Of a DNA stretch of 64,000 nt, positions 23,687 through 38,092 are shown piece after piece. Position numbers and translations under genes: made by a program. The stretch is from Thermomonas sp. (GTDB lineage Bacteria; Pseudomonadota; Gammaproteobacteria; Xanthomonadales; Xanthomonadaceae). Location of the stretch: positions 295,105 to 359,104 of the forward strand of contig NZ_JAYRLK010000002.1 of the NCBI RefSeq assembly GCF_041905325.1. Reading direction: 5' to 3'. The notes under the pieces are model-generated. The model saw only the letters and a program-made list of their open reading frames with translations, did not search any database and was not told the DNA's origin. Position 1 is the first letter of the stretch. Each line of letters begins with the position of its first letter.

Positions 23687-24882
23687 GCCGCATCCTCCTG
23701 CACCAAGTGGTAATGACCGGCCGCCAGCAGGGCCTGCACGGCGGCGTGCCCCGGCGGGCCCAGCCGGGCGTACAGCGTCTGGTCGATGGCATCCGCTGCC
23801 GCCAGTGTGCGCGCATCCTCCACCGCCAGCGCATGGGCCTGCCCGCCCGCGTACAGGCGTGCGCCCCCGGTGCTGGCACGCCGCCAGGCCATCCGCGACC
23901 ACGGGTGGCGCAGCAACAGCGCCCCGGTGGCCAGAGCCGGTGCAATCTCGCTTGACGCAGGCACTGCCTCGGCGGCGGCCGGCTGCACTGCGCAGCGGTA
24001 GGTGGTGATGAAGCTGCCGAACCAGTCGCCGAAGCGGTCGGGGTCGTCCATGTGCAGCTGGCGCAGCGCGGTGTCGGCGCGGGCCAGTGCGGCGGCGTCG
24101 ATCTCGCCGCAATCGTCCGGCAGGGTCAGGTCGGGGTCGACGTAACGCAGGGTGTCGGGGGCGTCGGCGGCCAGCGTGCTGGCGTAATCGTCCAGCAATT
24201 CCGCCGCACTGGGGGCACGCAGGCCCACCGAAATGGTCAGGCACGGGTCCACCGCAACGCCGTGGTGTGGAATGCCGGGCGGCAGGTAGAGCATGTCGCC
24301 GGGTTGCAGCACCCAGTCGTGGGTGGGCGTGAAGTGTGTGAGCAGGCGGATGTCGACGTCGCTGCGGTAATCGCTGGCCGGGTTCGGAGCGGTGTCGATC
24401 ATCCAGCGGCGCTGGCCCTGGCCCTGCAGCAGGAACACGTCGTACTGGTCGATGTGCGCGCCCACCGAGCCGCCGGTGGCGGCGAAGCTGACCATGATGT
24501 CGTCCATCCGCCAGCGCGGCAGGAAGTCGAACTGCGCAAGCAGGCCGCGCACGTCGGCGTCCCACTTGTCCACATCCTGCACCAGCAGCGTCCAGTCATG
24601 GTCGGGCAGGGCCGGGAACACGTCTTCCTCGAACGGCCCGTGGCGCAGCGCCCAGCGGTCGTTTGCGCGGTCGTACTCCACCAACCGCGCCAGCGCGCCT
24701 TCCTCGCAGGCCAGCCCGGCCAGGTCTTCCGGTTCCAGCGGCGACACGAAGCCGGGGAAGGCATTGCGGATCAGCAGCGGGCGCTTCTGCCAGTAGTCGC
24801 GCAGGAACGTCCCGGGCGGCATGCCCAGCGGCCCCTTGCCGGTCGCGTCGATCTCGAATGCCAGCGCCGGCGTCATGGCCAT
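23683..24882 (-). CDS. roxA: Cupin-4/JmjC-domain ribosomal protein L16 arginine hydroxylase (YcfD/RoxA-like)
   Basis: 399 aa. FLRDYWQKRPLLIRNAF, and the Fe-binding block GGSVGAHIDQYDVFLLQGQGQRRW (HxD), as in E. coli YcfD. Confidence 0.8.
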   Translation of the reverse strand: MAMTPALAFEIDATGKGPLGMPPGTFLRDYWQKRPLLIRNAFPGFVSPLEPEDLAGLACEEGALARLVEYDRANDRWALRHGPFEEDVFPALPDHDWTLLVQDVDKWDADVRGLLAQFDFLPRWRMDDIMVSFAATGGSVGAHIDQYDVFLLQGQGQRRWMIDTAPNPASDYRSDVDIRLLTHFTPTHDWVLQPGDMLYLPPGIPHHGVAVDPCLTISVGLRAPSAAELLDDYASTLAADAPDTLRYVDPDLTLPDDCGEIDAAALARADTALRQLHMDDPDRFGDWFGSFITTYRCAVQPAAAEAVPASSEIAPALATGALLLRHPWSRMAWRRASTGGARLYAGGQAHALAVEDARTLAAADAIDQTLYARLGPPGHAAVQALLAAGHYHLVQEDAA

Positions 24883-24883
24883 C

Positions 24884-27823
<2,940 letters not shown>

Positions 27824-28501
27824 TCAGTCGCTCATGACCGCCACGCCATCGCCCTTGCCATGCTTGCCGCAGTCGTCGATGTCTTCCCGCGTCATGGTGG
27901 CGTAAGGCTTGAAGGCGGGCAGGCTGGCGGCCAATGATTGCTGCGATGCCAGCAACGGCGGCAGGCGTTTGCACAGCTGCATGGCCTGGGCTTCGATCTT
28001 CTTGCCTTCCGCTTCCATTTTCGCTTCGAAGTCCTTCTGGCCCTTGTCGCCGCCGAAGATCGCCCCGGCCACGCCCTGCAGGGCGGTGCCGGCAATGCCG
28101 GCCCCTTGCGCGCCGATGTCCATGCCCGCTTCGGCGATGGCGATTACCTGGTTGCGATACCCCAGCAGTTGCTGGCGCTGGGCCGCAGTGACCGCCACCG
28201 GTTTGCCCTCCACCAGCAGATCCCCTTGCGGGCTGATCTCCGCCTTGGGCAGGTGGGACTCCGGCGCTTCCGCGTGCTTGCCGTTGTCATTGACGTGGAT
28301 GCTGATGTGGCCGTTCAGGCTGAGGTTGTTCGCATGCAATTCCTTGCGGGCCTCGTCCAGTGCGCGGTCGACGTGGCGGGCGATCAGGCCCTTGTCGGCG
28401 GTGTCGCCGGCTTGCGTGGCCGGCGGCGGGGTGGGGTGGCTGCAGGCGGCCAGCGGCAGGCAGGCCAGCAGGGCGAACAGGATGTGCGTCTTGGGATGCA
28501 T
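27824..28501 (-). CDS. Lipoprotein, DUF2884 (YggN-like)
   Basis: Trimmed to the ATG at 28501 (MHPKTHILFALLACLPLAAC, lipobox LAAC). 225 aa. The blocks ISPQGDLLVEGKPVAVTAAQRQQLLGYRNQV and a later coiled Lys/Glu-rich stretch resemble YggN-type proteins. The family call is from memory. Confidence 0.6.
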   Translation of the reverse strand: MHPKTHILFALLACLPLAACSHPTPPPATQAGDTADKGLIARHVDRALDEARKELHANNLSLNGHISIHVNDNGKHAEAPESHLPKAEISPQGDLLVEGKPVAVTAAQRQQLLGYRNQVIAIAEAGMDIGAQGAGIAGTALQGVAGAIFGGDKGQKDFEAKMEAEGKKIEAQAMQLCKRLPPLLASQQSLAASLPAFKPYATMTREDIDDCGKHGKGDGVAVMSD

Positions 28502-28533
28502 GGTGATGTCCTGGAGGTGCCGGAAAGAGGGGG

Positions 28534-29583
28534 TCAGCCTTCGTCGCGCCAGCGGCGCAGGCGAATGGCGGCGGCGATCATGCCGATGCCGGCCACCGCC
28601 CCGATCCACGTTTCCGGCGAGGCAAGGACGGTGTACATGCTCTTCACGACCGCCATGTGGTTCACGCCGGTGGTGGAGGAGGTCACGACGTCACGCAGCG
28701 AGGAGGCATCGGCAGCGGCAAACCAGGTGCCGGGGAACACGCCGCCCAGCAGGTGCGCCACCACGTGCTTCCAGAACCAGCTGCTGCCCAGGTCGAAGGC
28801 GCTCATCAGGTCGAACCAGCTGACGAAGACCCCGGCGAAGACCGGCAGCAGGATCGCCCACAGGAACGGCTTGCTCTTCGACCAGGCCGAGCACAGCAGC
28901 AGCCAACCGGCGGAGGGCAATGCCCACAGCGCATACACCGGGATCGCGGCAAGGAACACGCCGGCGCTGGAGAGCAGGCTGCCGGGGGCCCACAGCAGGG
29001 TGAACGGGTTGCCGTGGTGGATCAGCACGAACAGGCTGAGGATCAGCAGGAAGCCGACCATGCAGGCGATACCCACGGCCACTGCCAGCACCGGGGCCAC
29101 CAGCAGTGCGCTGCCGACCTTCGACAGCACGGTGTCGCGGTCGGACACCGGCAGCGACTTCCAGAACAGCACGCTGCGGTCCTTGCGCTCGTCGTACAGG
29201 CTGCCCAGGCAGTAGAAGAACACCACGAAGCCCAGTACCAGCATCGGCCAGAGCATGGCGCTGGCGGTGGCGGTGGTGACGCCGTCGGCGAGTTTCTGCA
29301 TGTCGCCCGAACTCATGTGCGAACTCAAGGTGCTGATGTCGAGCCCGTTGATGACGACCTCACCGTCGATCTTCAGGCCGCCGCGCTCGGAGGCGACCTT
29401 GCGCAGGCCCACTTCGGCCATGATCAGGCCCATCAGGGTCAACAGCAGGGAAATGCCGCCGGCCCAGATCGGCGCCCAGAAAAATCCCCCCTTGTGCTCC
29501 CAGAACTCGCGCTGCAGCAGCAGCTTCAGCTTGTGGACGGGGTGCGGCACGGGCTTGGCCGTGGATGCAGCGATGGCGTTCAT
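28534..29583 (-). CDS. Multi-pass membrane protein, putative permease partner of the adjacent ABC ATPase
   Basis: 349 aa with at least 6 hydrophobic spans. Its ATG overlaps the ATPase stop (ATGA). I recognise no specific permease family signature. Confidence 0.65.
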   Translation of the reverse strand: MNAIAASTAKPVPHPVHKLKLLLQREFWEHKGGFFWAPIWAGGISLLLTLMGLIMAEVGLRKVASERGGLKIDGEVVINGLDISTLSSHMSSGDMQKLADGVTTATASAMLWPMLVLGFVVFFYCLGSLYDERKDRSVLFWKSLPVSDRDTVLSKVGSALLVAPVLAVAVGIACMVGFLLILSLFVLIHHGNPFTLLWAPGSLLSSAGVFLAAIPVYALWALPSAGWLLLCSAWSKSKPFLWAILLPVFAGVFVSWFDLMSAFDLGSSWFWKHVVAHLLGGVFPGTWFAAADASSLRDVVTSSTTGVNHMAVVKSMYTVLASPETWIGAVAGIGMIAAAIRLRRWRDEG

Positions 29584-30455
29584 GCGTAGGTTCCTTTCAT
29601 GGTGGCCACGAACAGGTCGGCCAGGCCGGGGGTACGGGTTTCGCCCAGCGCGGCCAGTTGGCCGGGGGCGGTGCCGTCGAAGACCATTACCGTCTTGCCG
29701 AACGGCAGCGCGCGTTCGTCGATGGGCTTGAGCGCACGGGCCGCCTCCAGCTTGTCGGCGTTCACCAGCACCTCGACGTAGCGTTCACCCAGCGTCTCCA
29801 TGGCGGCATCCAGCACCACCTTGCCGCCCTGGATGAACATCACGTCGGTGAGGATGTGTTCGATCTCCTCCACCTGGTGGGTGGTGACCAGGATGGTTTT
29901 TTCCTCGTCGAAATAGTCTTCCAGCAGGCGCTGGTAGAACTGCTTGCGGTAGAGGATGTCCAGGCCCAGGGTGGGCTCGTCGAGCACCAGCAGGCGGGCG
30001 TCGATGGCCATCACCAGCGCCAGGTGCAGCTGCACGATCATGCCCTTGGACATCTCGCGCACCTTCAGGCCCGGCTTGAGCTGGGTCCCTTCGAGGAAAC
30101 GCCGGCACTTGGCGGCGTCGAAGCGCGGGTGCACCCCGGCGACGAACTCGATGGCCTGCGCCACGCTGATCCAGCGCGGCAGCACCGCCACGTCGGCGAT
30201 GAAGCAGACATCATTCATGAGTTCGTCGCGCTGGCTGCGCGGGTCCTTGCCCAGCACCTTCAGATCGCCGTCGAACGGGATCAGGCCGAGGATCGCCTTG
30301 AGGGCGGTGGTCTTGCCGGCGCCGTTGGGGCCGATCAGGCCGACGATGCGCCCGGCCGGGATCTCGAACGTGGTGTTGTCCAGTGCCAGCTTGTTCTTGT
30401 AGGCCTTGCGCAGGCCGCGGGCGGAGACCACGGTGGTTGAGGGATTGGCGTTCAC
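29580..30455 (-). CDS. ABC transporter ATP-binding protein
   Basis: I place the start at the GTG at 30455, overlapping the GntR stop (GTGA). The ORF track's 30539 start would overlap the regulator by 88 nt. Walker A GPNGAGKTT, signature-like MSKGM, Walker B LLVLDEPT. Confidence 0.88.
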   Translation of the reverse strand: MNANPSTTVVSARGLRKAYKNKLALDNTTFEIPAGRIVGLIGPNGAGKTTALKAILGLIPFDGDLKVLGKDPRSQRDELMNDVCFIADVAVLPRWISVAQAIEFVAGVHPRFDAAKCRRFLEGTQLKPGLKVREMSKGMIVQLHLALVMAIDARLLVLDEPTLGLDILYRKQFYQRLLEDYFDEEKTILVTTHQVEEIEHILTDVMFIQGGKVVLDAAMETLGERYVEVLVNADKLEAARALKPIDERALPFGKTVMVFDGTAPGQLAALGETRTPGLADLFVATMKGTYA

Positions 30456-30823
30456 TTCTGCCCCCACTTCTGCTTGGCATCCAGCAGTTCTTCGATCTTC
30501 AGGCCCAGGCGCTGGATGCGTTCCAGCATCAGCGGCCATTCTTCGCGCAGGAAACGTTCGCGTTCGCTGTGCAACAAGCGCGCATTGGCGCCATCGGTGA
30601 CGTACATGCCAAGACCCCTGCGTTTTTCGACGAGTTGTTCATCCGCGAGCTCCTGGTAGGCGCGCGAGACGGTGATTGGATTGAGCTGGTATTCGGCGGC
30701 TACCTGGCGCACCGAGGGCAACGCATCGCCCGGCTTGAGGACGCCATCCAGCAGCATCGCCACGACACGCTCCTTCAGCTGGCGGTAGATCGGAGCCCCA
30801 TCGCTCCATTCGACGGCATTCAT
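30452..30823 (-). CDS. GntR family transcriptional regulator, YtrA subfamily (short, no classical effector domain)
   Basis: 123 aa. wHTH block PIYRQLKERVVAMLLDGVLKPGDALPSVRQVAAEYQLNPITVSRAYQELADEQLVEKRRGLGMYV, followed by only about 50 further residues. Confidence 0.88.
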   Translation of the reverse strand: MNAVEWSDGAPIYRQLKERVVAMLLDGVLKPGDALPSVRQVAAEYQLNPITVSRAYQELADEQLVEKRRGLGMYVTDGANARLLHSERERFLREEWPLMLERIQRLGLKIEELLDAKQKWGQK

Positions 30824-30826
30824 GGG

Positions 30827-31048
30827 TCAGCCCTGCGGAAGGAAGGAAAAGAACGGCATCCGCACCGACTGGTGCGCGTGCCGGGCGGTTTTCGCCGTGG
30901 TGCCGGCAGTGGCTGCGGTGAGGGTGGAACCGGCGGCGATGGAGGGCGGGTCTGCGGGGGCGGCCGGCGTGCTGGCCATCAGGGCGGCAACCAGCAGCAC
31001 GCTGCAGGTGGTGGCGGCCATCAGGGAGTTGTGGAGCTTGCGGTTCAT
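30827..31048 (-). CDS. Small (73 aa) predicted secreted protein, first ORF of the GntR-ABC operon
   Basis: ATG at 31048 with AGGACG 7-12 nt upstream. MNRKLHNSLMAATTCSVLLVAALMASTPAAPA looks like a Sec signal. Its stop lies 3 nt before the GntR ATG. Coding status is unproven: the ORF is short and Ala/Thr-rich. Confidence 0.45.
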   Translation of the reverse strand: MNRKLHNSLMAATTCSVLLVAALMASTPAAPADPPSIAAGSTLTAATAGTTAKTARHAHQSVRMPFFSFLPQG

Positions 31049-31077
31049 GGTGAACGTCCTGCTCTGGGTGTCTGGTG

Positions 31078-31101
31078 TTGTAGGCAACTATAACACTACA
31101 A
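31078..31101. promoter_or_regulatory. Inverted repeat TTGTAG-N12-CTACAA, candidate YtrA/GntR operator overlapping a -10-like TATAGT
   Basis: The arms ttgtag (31078-31083) and ctacaa (31096-31101) are exact reverse complements. On the minus strand the spacer reads TGTTATAGTTGC. The site lies about 30 nt upstream of the small ORF's ATG, in the least GC-rich patch of the spacer. Confidence 0.4.
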
Positions 31102-31270
31102 ATTGCCCCGTCAAGCCCCGATCCACCCAACTGAAGTCATGGTTGGAAGATGCCGCGCCCCGGCCCCGCGACGCGGCAGGATTGCCGGTTGCCGCCGCGA
31201 CGACCACAATAGTCCGTTGTCCCGGGCACGGCGCCGCCGTACACGGGTCCCCGGAGCGAGGTCTGCCACC

Positions 31271-32185
31271 ATGCGATTTGCGATGCGCGCCCTGGGCGCG
31301 TTGCTTGCCAGCGTTCTTTCGATCGGCCTGTTGCATGCCCAGCAGGCGACGCCGGCTGGCGAGTTCGACAAGATCAGTTACGTGCGCGGTCTGGATGCCG
31401 GCAGCAGCATCGGGCCGGGCCTGCCGGACATCGACATGCCCGCGTTGCAGCGCGCGCTGGAGAACGCGATGGCCGGAGGCAAGCCCTTGCTGCCGGCCGC
31501 CGATGCCGGCCCCACGCTGCGGGCGATGATGGCCAACATCGTTGCGCGCAAGGCAGGCAAGCCGGCGCAGCCCGTGGACCGCGTCAAGGTGGCGTTGCTG
31601 GTGGGGGCCGATCTCGCGCGCGGCGTGCAGGACATGCAGGGCAGCCTGGTCATGCCGATGTTCCTGCGCGGTGTGCAGGACGGTGCCAACCCGCAGGCCA
31701 CGCCGGCGCTGTCCGCCGAGGCCATTGCGCAGGCGCGCAGCGACTGGTCGGCACGGATGGCTGCGGCGCGGGCCACGCAGCGTGCCGCGGCGGGGCAGGA
31801 GGCCCAGCGCAAGGAGCAGGCATTCCTCGACGCCAATCGCCAGGTCAAGGGCGTGTTCGTCACTCCCAGCGGCCTGCAATACAGCGTGCTGCGGCAGGGT
31901 GCCGGCGTGCGCCCGCGACCGGGCCAGCGGGTGCGCGTGCACTACGTCGGCAAGCTGCTCGACGGCACTACCTTCGACAGCTCCTATGCGCGTGGCGAGC
32001 CGGCGGTATTCGGCCTTGACCAGGTGATCAAGGGCTGGAGCGAAGGCGTCGGCATGATGCCGGTGGGGGCCCAATACCGCTTCTGGATTCCGGCCGCGCT
32101 GGGCTATGGCGACAAGGGCGCCGGTGCCGACATTCCCCCCAATGCCACCCTGCTGTTCGATGTTGAACTGTTGGGCGTCGAATAA
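31271..32185 (+). CDS. FKBP-type peptidyl-prolyl cis-trans isomerase, Mip/FkpA-like, Sec-secreted
   Basis: Trimmed from the 31103 ORF to the ATG at 31271 ([25 protein letters not shown]). C-terminal FKBP domain [37 protein letters not shown]...[16 protein letters not shown]. Confidence 0.88.
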   Translation: MRFAMRALGALLASVLSIGLLHAQQATPAGEFDKISYVRGLDAGSSIGPGLPDIDMPALQRALENAMAGGKPLLPAADAGPTLRAMMANIVARKAGKPAQPVDRVKVALLVGADLARGVQDMQGSLVMPMFLRGVQDGANPQATPALSAEAIAQARSDWSARMAAARATQRAAAGQEAQRKEQAFLDANRQVKGVFVTPSGLQYSVLRQGAGVRPRPGQRVRVHYVGKLLDGTTFDSSYARGEPAVFGLDQVIKGWSEGVGMMPVGAQYRFWIPAALGYGDKGAGADIPPNATLLFDVELLGVE

Positions 32186-32254
32186 GTCCAACCCGACTTA
32201 CCGTTTGCCGGCCTGATCGCCGGTTCCATCCCCATCCTCTGGAGTTTCCGACCG

Positions 32255-33025
32255 ATGAAGCCGTTTGCCCGCACCACCGTGCTTGCCGCTGCCATGCTGC
32301 TTGCCCTTTCCGCTTGCAAGGCCGAGCAGAAGCCCGTCGACGTGTCCGCTGGCGGCGCGCAGAACGGTGCGTCCGCGAAGGCCGGCTATCCGGGCCTGCC
32401 CACCGAGAAGGACCAGGTGGGTTACAGCATCGGCATGGCGATGGGCAAGCAGCTGACCGATATCAAGGGCGAGGTGAACGTGGATGCGTTGGTCAAGGCA
32501 CTGCGTACCCAACTGGCCGGCCAGAAGACCCAGATCACCGAAGAGCAGGCCCAGCAGATCATGCAGGCCTTCGGCCAGAAGATGCAGGCCAAGCAGATGG
32601 CCAAGATGATGGAAGAGGCGCAGGCCAACCTCGCCAAGGGCGACAAGTTCCTGGCCGAGAACGGCAAGAAGGCGGGCGTGGTCACCACCGCGTCGGGCCT
32701 GCAATACCAGGTGGTCACCGCGGGCAAGGGCGCCAAGCCCGGTGCCGAGGACGGGGTCAAGGTGAATTACCGTGGCTCGCTGCTGGATGGCACCGAATTC
32801 GACAGCTCCTACAAGCGCGGCGAGCCGGCGGTGCTGCCGTTGAACGGCGTGATTCCGGGTTGGTCCGAAGGCCTGCAATTGATGCAGGTGGGCGGCAAGT
32901 ACAAGTTCTGGATCCCGGCCCGGTTGGCCTATGGCGAACAGGCACCGCCGCAGATCGGCCCGAACCAGGTACTGGAATTCGAAGTGGAGCTGCTGGACGT
33001 CGTCAAGAAGCCCGCTGGCAACTGA
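32255..33025 (+). CDS. FKBP-type peptidyl-prolyl isomerase, Mip-like lipoprotein
   Basis: 256 aa. Lipobox LLALSAC, an FKBP_N helix region, and the FKBP domain [37 protein letters not shown]...[10 protein letters not shown]. Confidence 0.9.
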   Translation: MKPFARTTVLAAAMLLALSACKAEQKPVDVSAGGAQNGASAKAGYPGLPTEKDQVGYSIGMAMGKQLTDIKGEVNVDALVKALRTQLAGQKTQITEEQAQQIMQAFGQKMQAKQMAKMMEEAQANLAKGDKFLAENGKKAGVVTTASGLQYQVVTAGKGAKPGAEDGVKVNYRGSLLDGTEFDSSYKRGEPAVLPLNGVIPGWSEGLQLMQVGGKYKFWIPARLAYGEQAPPQIGPNQVLEFEVELLDVVKKPAGN

Positions 33026-33037
33026 TCGCACGGCATC

Positions 33038-33078
33038 CGCCCGTGGCGCGCCTGGCGCGCCCGGGCGTTTCTTTTTTT
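33038..33078 (+). terminator. Rho-independent terminator after the second FKBP gene
   Basis: cgcccg-t-ggcgcg / cgcgcc-cgggcg stem (about 12 bp with one bulge), followed by tttcttttttt. Confidence 0.8.
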
Positions 33079-33093
33079 GCGGAGGAATGCGCG

Positions 33094-34446
33094 ATGCGCG
33101 TATGCATTTTCGGAACCGGCTACGTGGGCCTGGTGACCGGCACCTGCCTGGCCGAAGTGGGCCATGACGTGGTGTGCGTGGACATCGATGCGGCGAAAGT
33201 GGAGGGCCTGAATGCGGGTGTGGTGCCGATCTACGAGCCGGGCCTCACCCCGATGGTGCGGGCCAACCATGCCGCTGGCCGGTTGCGCTTCACCACCGAC
33301 GCCGCTGCCGGGATCGCGCATGGGACGGTGATCTTCATCGCCGTGGGCACGCCGCCGGACGAGGACGGCAGTGCCGACCTGCAATACGTGCTGGCGGTGG
33401 CGCGCACCATCGGCCACCACATGCAGCAGCCGGTGGTGGTGGTGGACAAGTCCACCGTGCCGGTGGGCACCGCCGACAAGGTGCGGGCCACCATCGCCGC
33501 CGAACTGGCGGTGCGCGGTGTCGGCATCGACTTCGAAGTCGTGTCCAACCCCGAGTTCCTGAAGGAGGGCGCGGCGGTCGAGGACTGCATGCGCCCGGAC
33601 CGCATCGTCATCGGCACCTCCAGCGCCTCCGCGCTGGAGACGCTGCGGCGCCTGTACGCGCCGTTCAACCGCAACCACGACCGCATCGTGGCGATGGACG
33701 TGCGCTCCGCCGAGCTGACCAAGTACGCCGCCAACGCGATGCTGGCAACCAAGATCAGCTTCATGAACGAGATCGCCAACATCGCCGAGCAGGTGGGCGC
33801 GGACGTGGAGATGGTGCGCAAGGGCATCGGCTCCGATCCGCGCATCGGTTGGCATTTCATCTACCCCGGTGCCGGCTACGGCGGCTCCTGCTTCCCCAAG
33901 GACGTGCAGGCGCTGGCCAGGATCGCCCAGCAGCACGGCGTTGCGCCGCGATTGCTGGACGCCGTGGAGGCGGTCAATGCCGCGCAGAAGGGCCATCTGT
34001 TCGAACTGATGGCCCGCCACTACGGTGGCGAAGCGGGCCTGCGCGGAAAGAGCGTGGCGGTGTGGGGGCTGGCATTCAAACCCAATACCGACGACATGCG
34101 CGAAGCCTCCAGCCGCACCCTGTTGGCACAGTTGTGGAACGCCGGTGCGCGGGTGCGCGCGTTCGACCCCGAGGCGATGTCCGAAACCCGGCGCATCTTC
34201 GGGCAGCGCGATGACCTGGTGTTGTGCGGCGCCGCCACCGACGTGCTGGAAGGTGCCGATGCGCTGGTGGTGGTCACCGAATGGAAGCAGTTCCGCAGCC
34301 CCGATTTCGCCAGGCTGAAAGCAGCGCTGGCCGACGCGGTGTTGTTCGATGGTCGCAACCTGTATGCCCCCGACGAAGTGGAAGCCGCCGGCATCGCCTA
34401 TTACGGCATCGGCCGCGGGCGCTCGTTGCGCAAGGAAGAAGCATGA
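33094..34446 (+). CDS. ugd: UDP-glucose 6-dehydrogenase
   Basis: Trimmed from the 32314 ORF to the ATG at 33094 ([30 protein letters not shown]; GGAGGAA lies about 5 nt upstream). Catalytic GGSCFPKD. 450 aa. Confidence 0.93.
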   Translation: MRVCIFGTGYVGLVTGTCLAEVGHDVVCVDIDAAKVEGLNAGVVPIYEPGLTPMVRANHAAGRLRFTTDAAAGIAHGTVIFIAVGTPPDEDGSADLQYVLAVARTIGHHMQQPVVVVDKSTVPVGTADKVRATIAAELAVRGVGIDFEVVSNPEFLKEGAAVEDCMRPDRIVIGTSSASALETLRRLYAPFNRNHDRIVAMDVRSAELTKYAANAMLATKISFMNEIANIAEQVGADVEMVRKGIGSDPRIGWHFIYPGAGYGGSCFPKDVQALARIAQQHGVAPRLLDAVEAVNAAQKGHLFELMARHYGGEAGLRGKSVAVWGLAFKPNTDDMREASSRTLLAQLWNAGARVRAFDPEAMSETRRIFGQRDDLVLCGAATDVLEGADALVVVTEWKQFRSPDFARLKAALADAVLFDGRNLYAPDEVEAAGIAYYGIGRGRSLRKEEA

Positions 34447-34670
34447 CCGACCTCGAGCAACGGTTGGTCGATCTGGAAACCCGGTTCGCCTTCCAGGAAC
34501 AGGCGCTGCTGGAATTGAGCGATGCGCTGGCCGCCGCGCGCAGCGAGGAAACCCACAATGCCCTGCGCCTGCACCGGGCGCTGGAGGAGTTGCGTCAATT
34601 GCGCAGCGCACTGGCCGCAAGTCCCGTCACCGGCGACGTGGCCGCCGAACCCCCCCCTCCGCACTACTGA
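34443..34670 (+). CDS. slyX: SlyX family protein
   Basis: 75 aa. [33 protein letters not shown] is the typical SlyX coiled coil. Its ATG overlaps the ugd stop (ATGA). Confidence 0.8.
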   Translation: MTDLEQRLVDLETRFAFQEQALLELSDALAAARSEETHNALRLHRALEELRQLRSALAASPVTGDVAAEPPPPHY

Positions 34671-34684
34671 GCTTGCGATCCCTC

Positions 34685-35317
34685 ATGAGCAATTCCCTCC
34701 GCGATCAGCTGCTGGGCCTGGGTTTCAAGGATGCCCCGAAGCCCGCGCCACGTCCGCAGCAGGACGCCCGCAAGCCGCAGGGTGGCAAGCCCGCGCACGT
34801 CGGCAAGCCGGCGCATTCCGGCCGCCCGGTGCAGCCCGGTCGCCCGCAGTCGCGTCCGCAGAACCCCCCGCACCAGAAAAAGATGTCGCGCGAGGACATC
34901 GACCTGGCCAAGGCCTATGCGATCCGCGCGCAGAAGGAAAAAGACGAACGCATCGAGGCCGAGCGGTTGAAGCAGGAAGAGGCACGCCAGCGCCGCGAGG
35001 CCAAGGCGAAGCTGGAGGTCTTCCTCAAGGACAAGGCGCTGAACGCCGCCGACGCCGATCATGTCCGTCATTTCGAATACGGCGGCAAAATCAAGCGCGT
35101 GCATGTCACCGCCGAGCAGCTGAAGGCGCTCAATGCCGGCGCGCTGGGCGTGGTGCAGATGAACGGTCGCTACCTGCTGGTGGACGCAGCCACGTTGGCT
35201 GAAGCCGAAGCGATCTTCGCCCAGGCCGTCGCCTTGAAGGTCGACCCGAACGCGCCGGCGGAAGACGACCCGTATTCCGACCCCTTGTATCAGGTGCCGG
35301 ACGATCTGGTCTGGTGA
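34685..35317 (+). CDS. DUF2058 family protein (YaiL-like)
   Basis: Trimmed to the ATG at 34685. MSNSLRDQLLGLGF, then a basic Pro/Lys-rich segment, then a charged coiled region. This is the typical YaiL-type layout. Confidence 0.7.
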   Translation: MSNSLRDQLLGLGFKDAPKPAPRPQQDARKPQGGKPAHVGKPAHSGRPVQPGRPQSRPQNPPHQKKMSREDIDLAKAYAIRAQKEKDERIEAERLKQEEARQRREAKAKLEVFLKDKALNAADADHVRHFEYGGKIKRVHVTAEQLKALNAGALGVVQMNGRYLLVDAATLAEAEAIFAQAVALKVDPNAPAEDDPYSDPLYQVPDDLVW

Positions 35318-35371
35318 GGGAAACCGGGCGCAAAAAGCGGGTGATCCACTCCGACCCTGCTTTCCGTTCGA

Positions 35372-38088
<2,717 letters not shown>

Positions 38089-38092
<4 letters not shown>

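Noticed and set aside
23687-24565. N-terminal extension of ORF 23177..24565 and other frames over roxA
   Set aside because: The extension overlaps roxA out of frame and is Arg/Pro/Ala-rich. The ATG at 23686, coupled to the roxA stop, gives a sensible 169-aa product.
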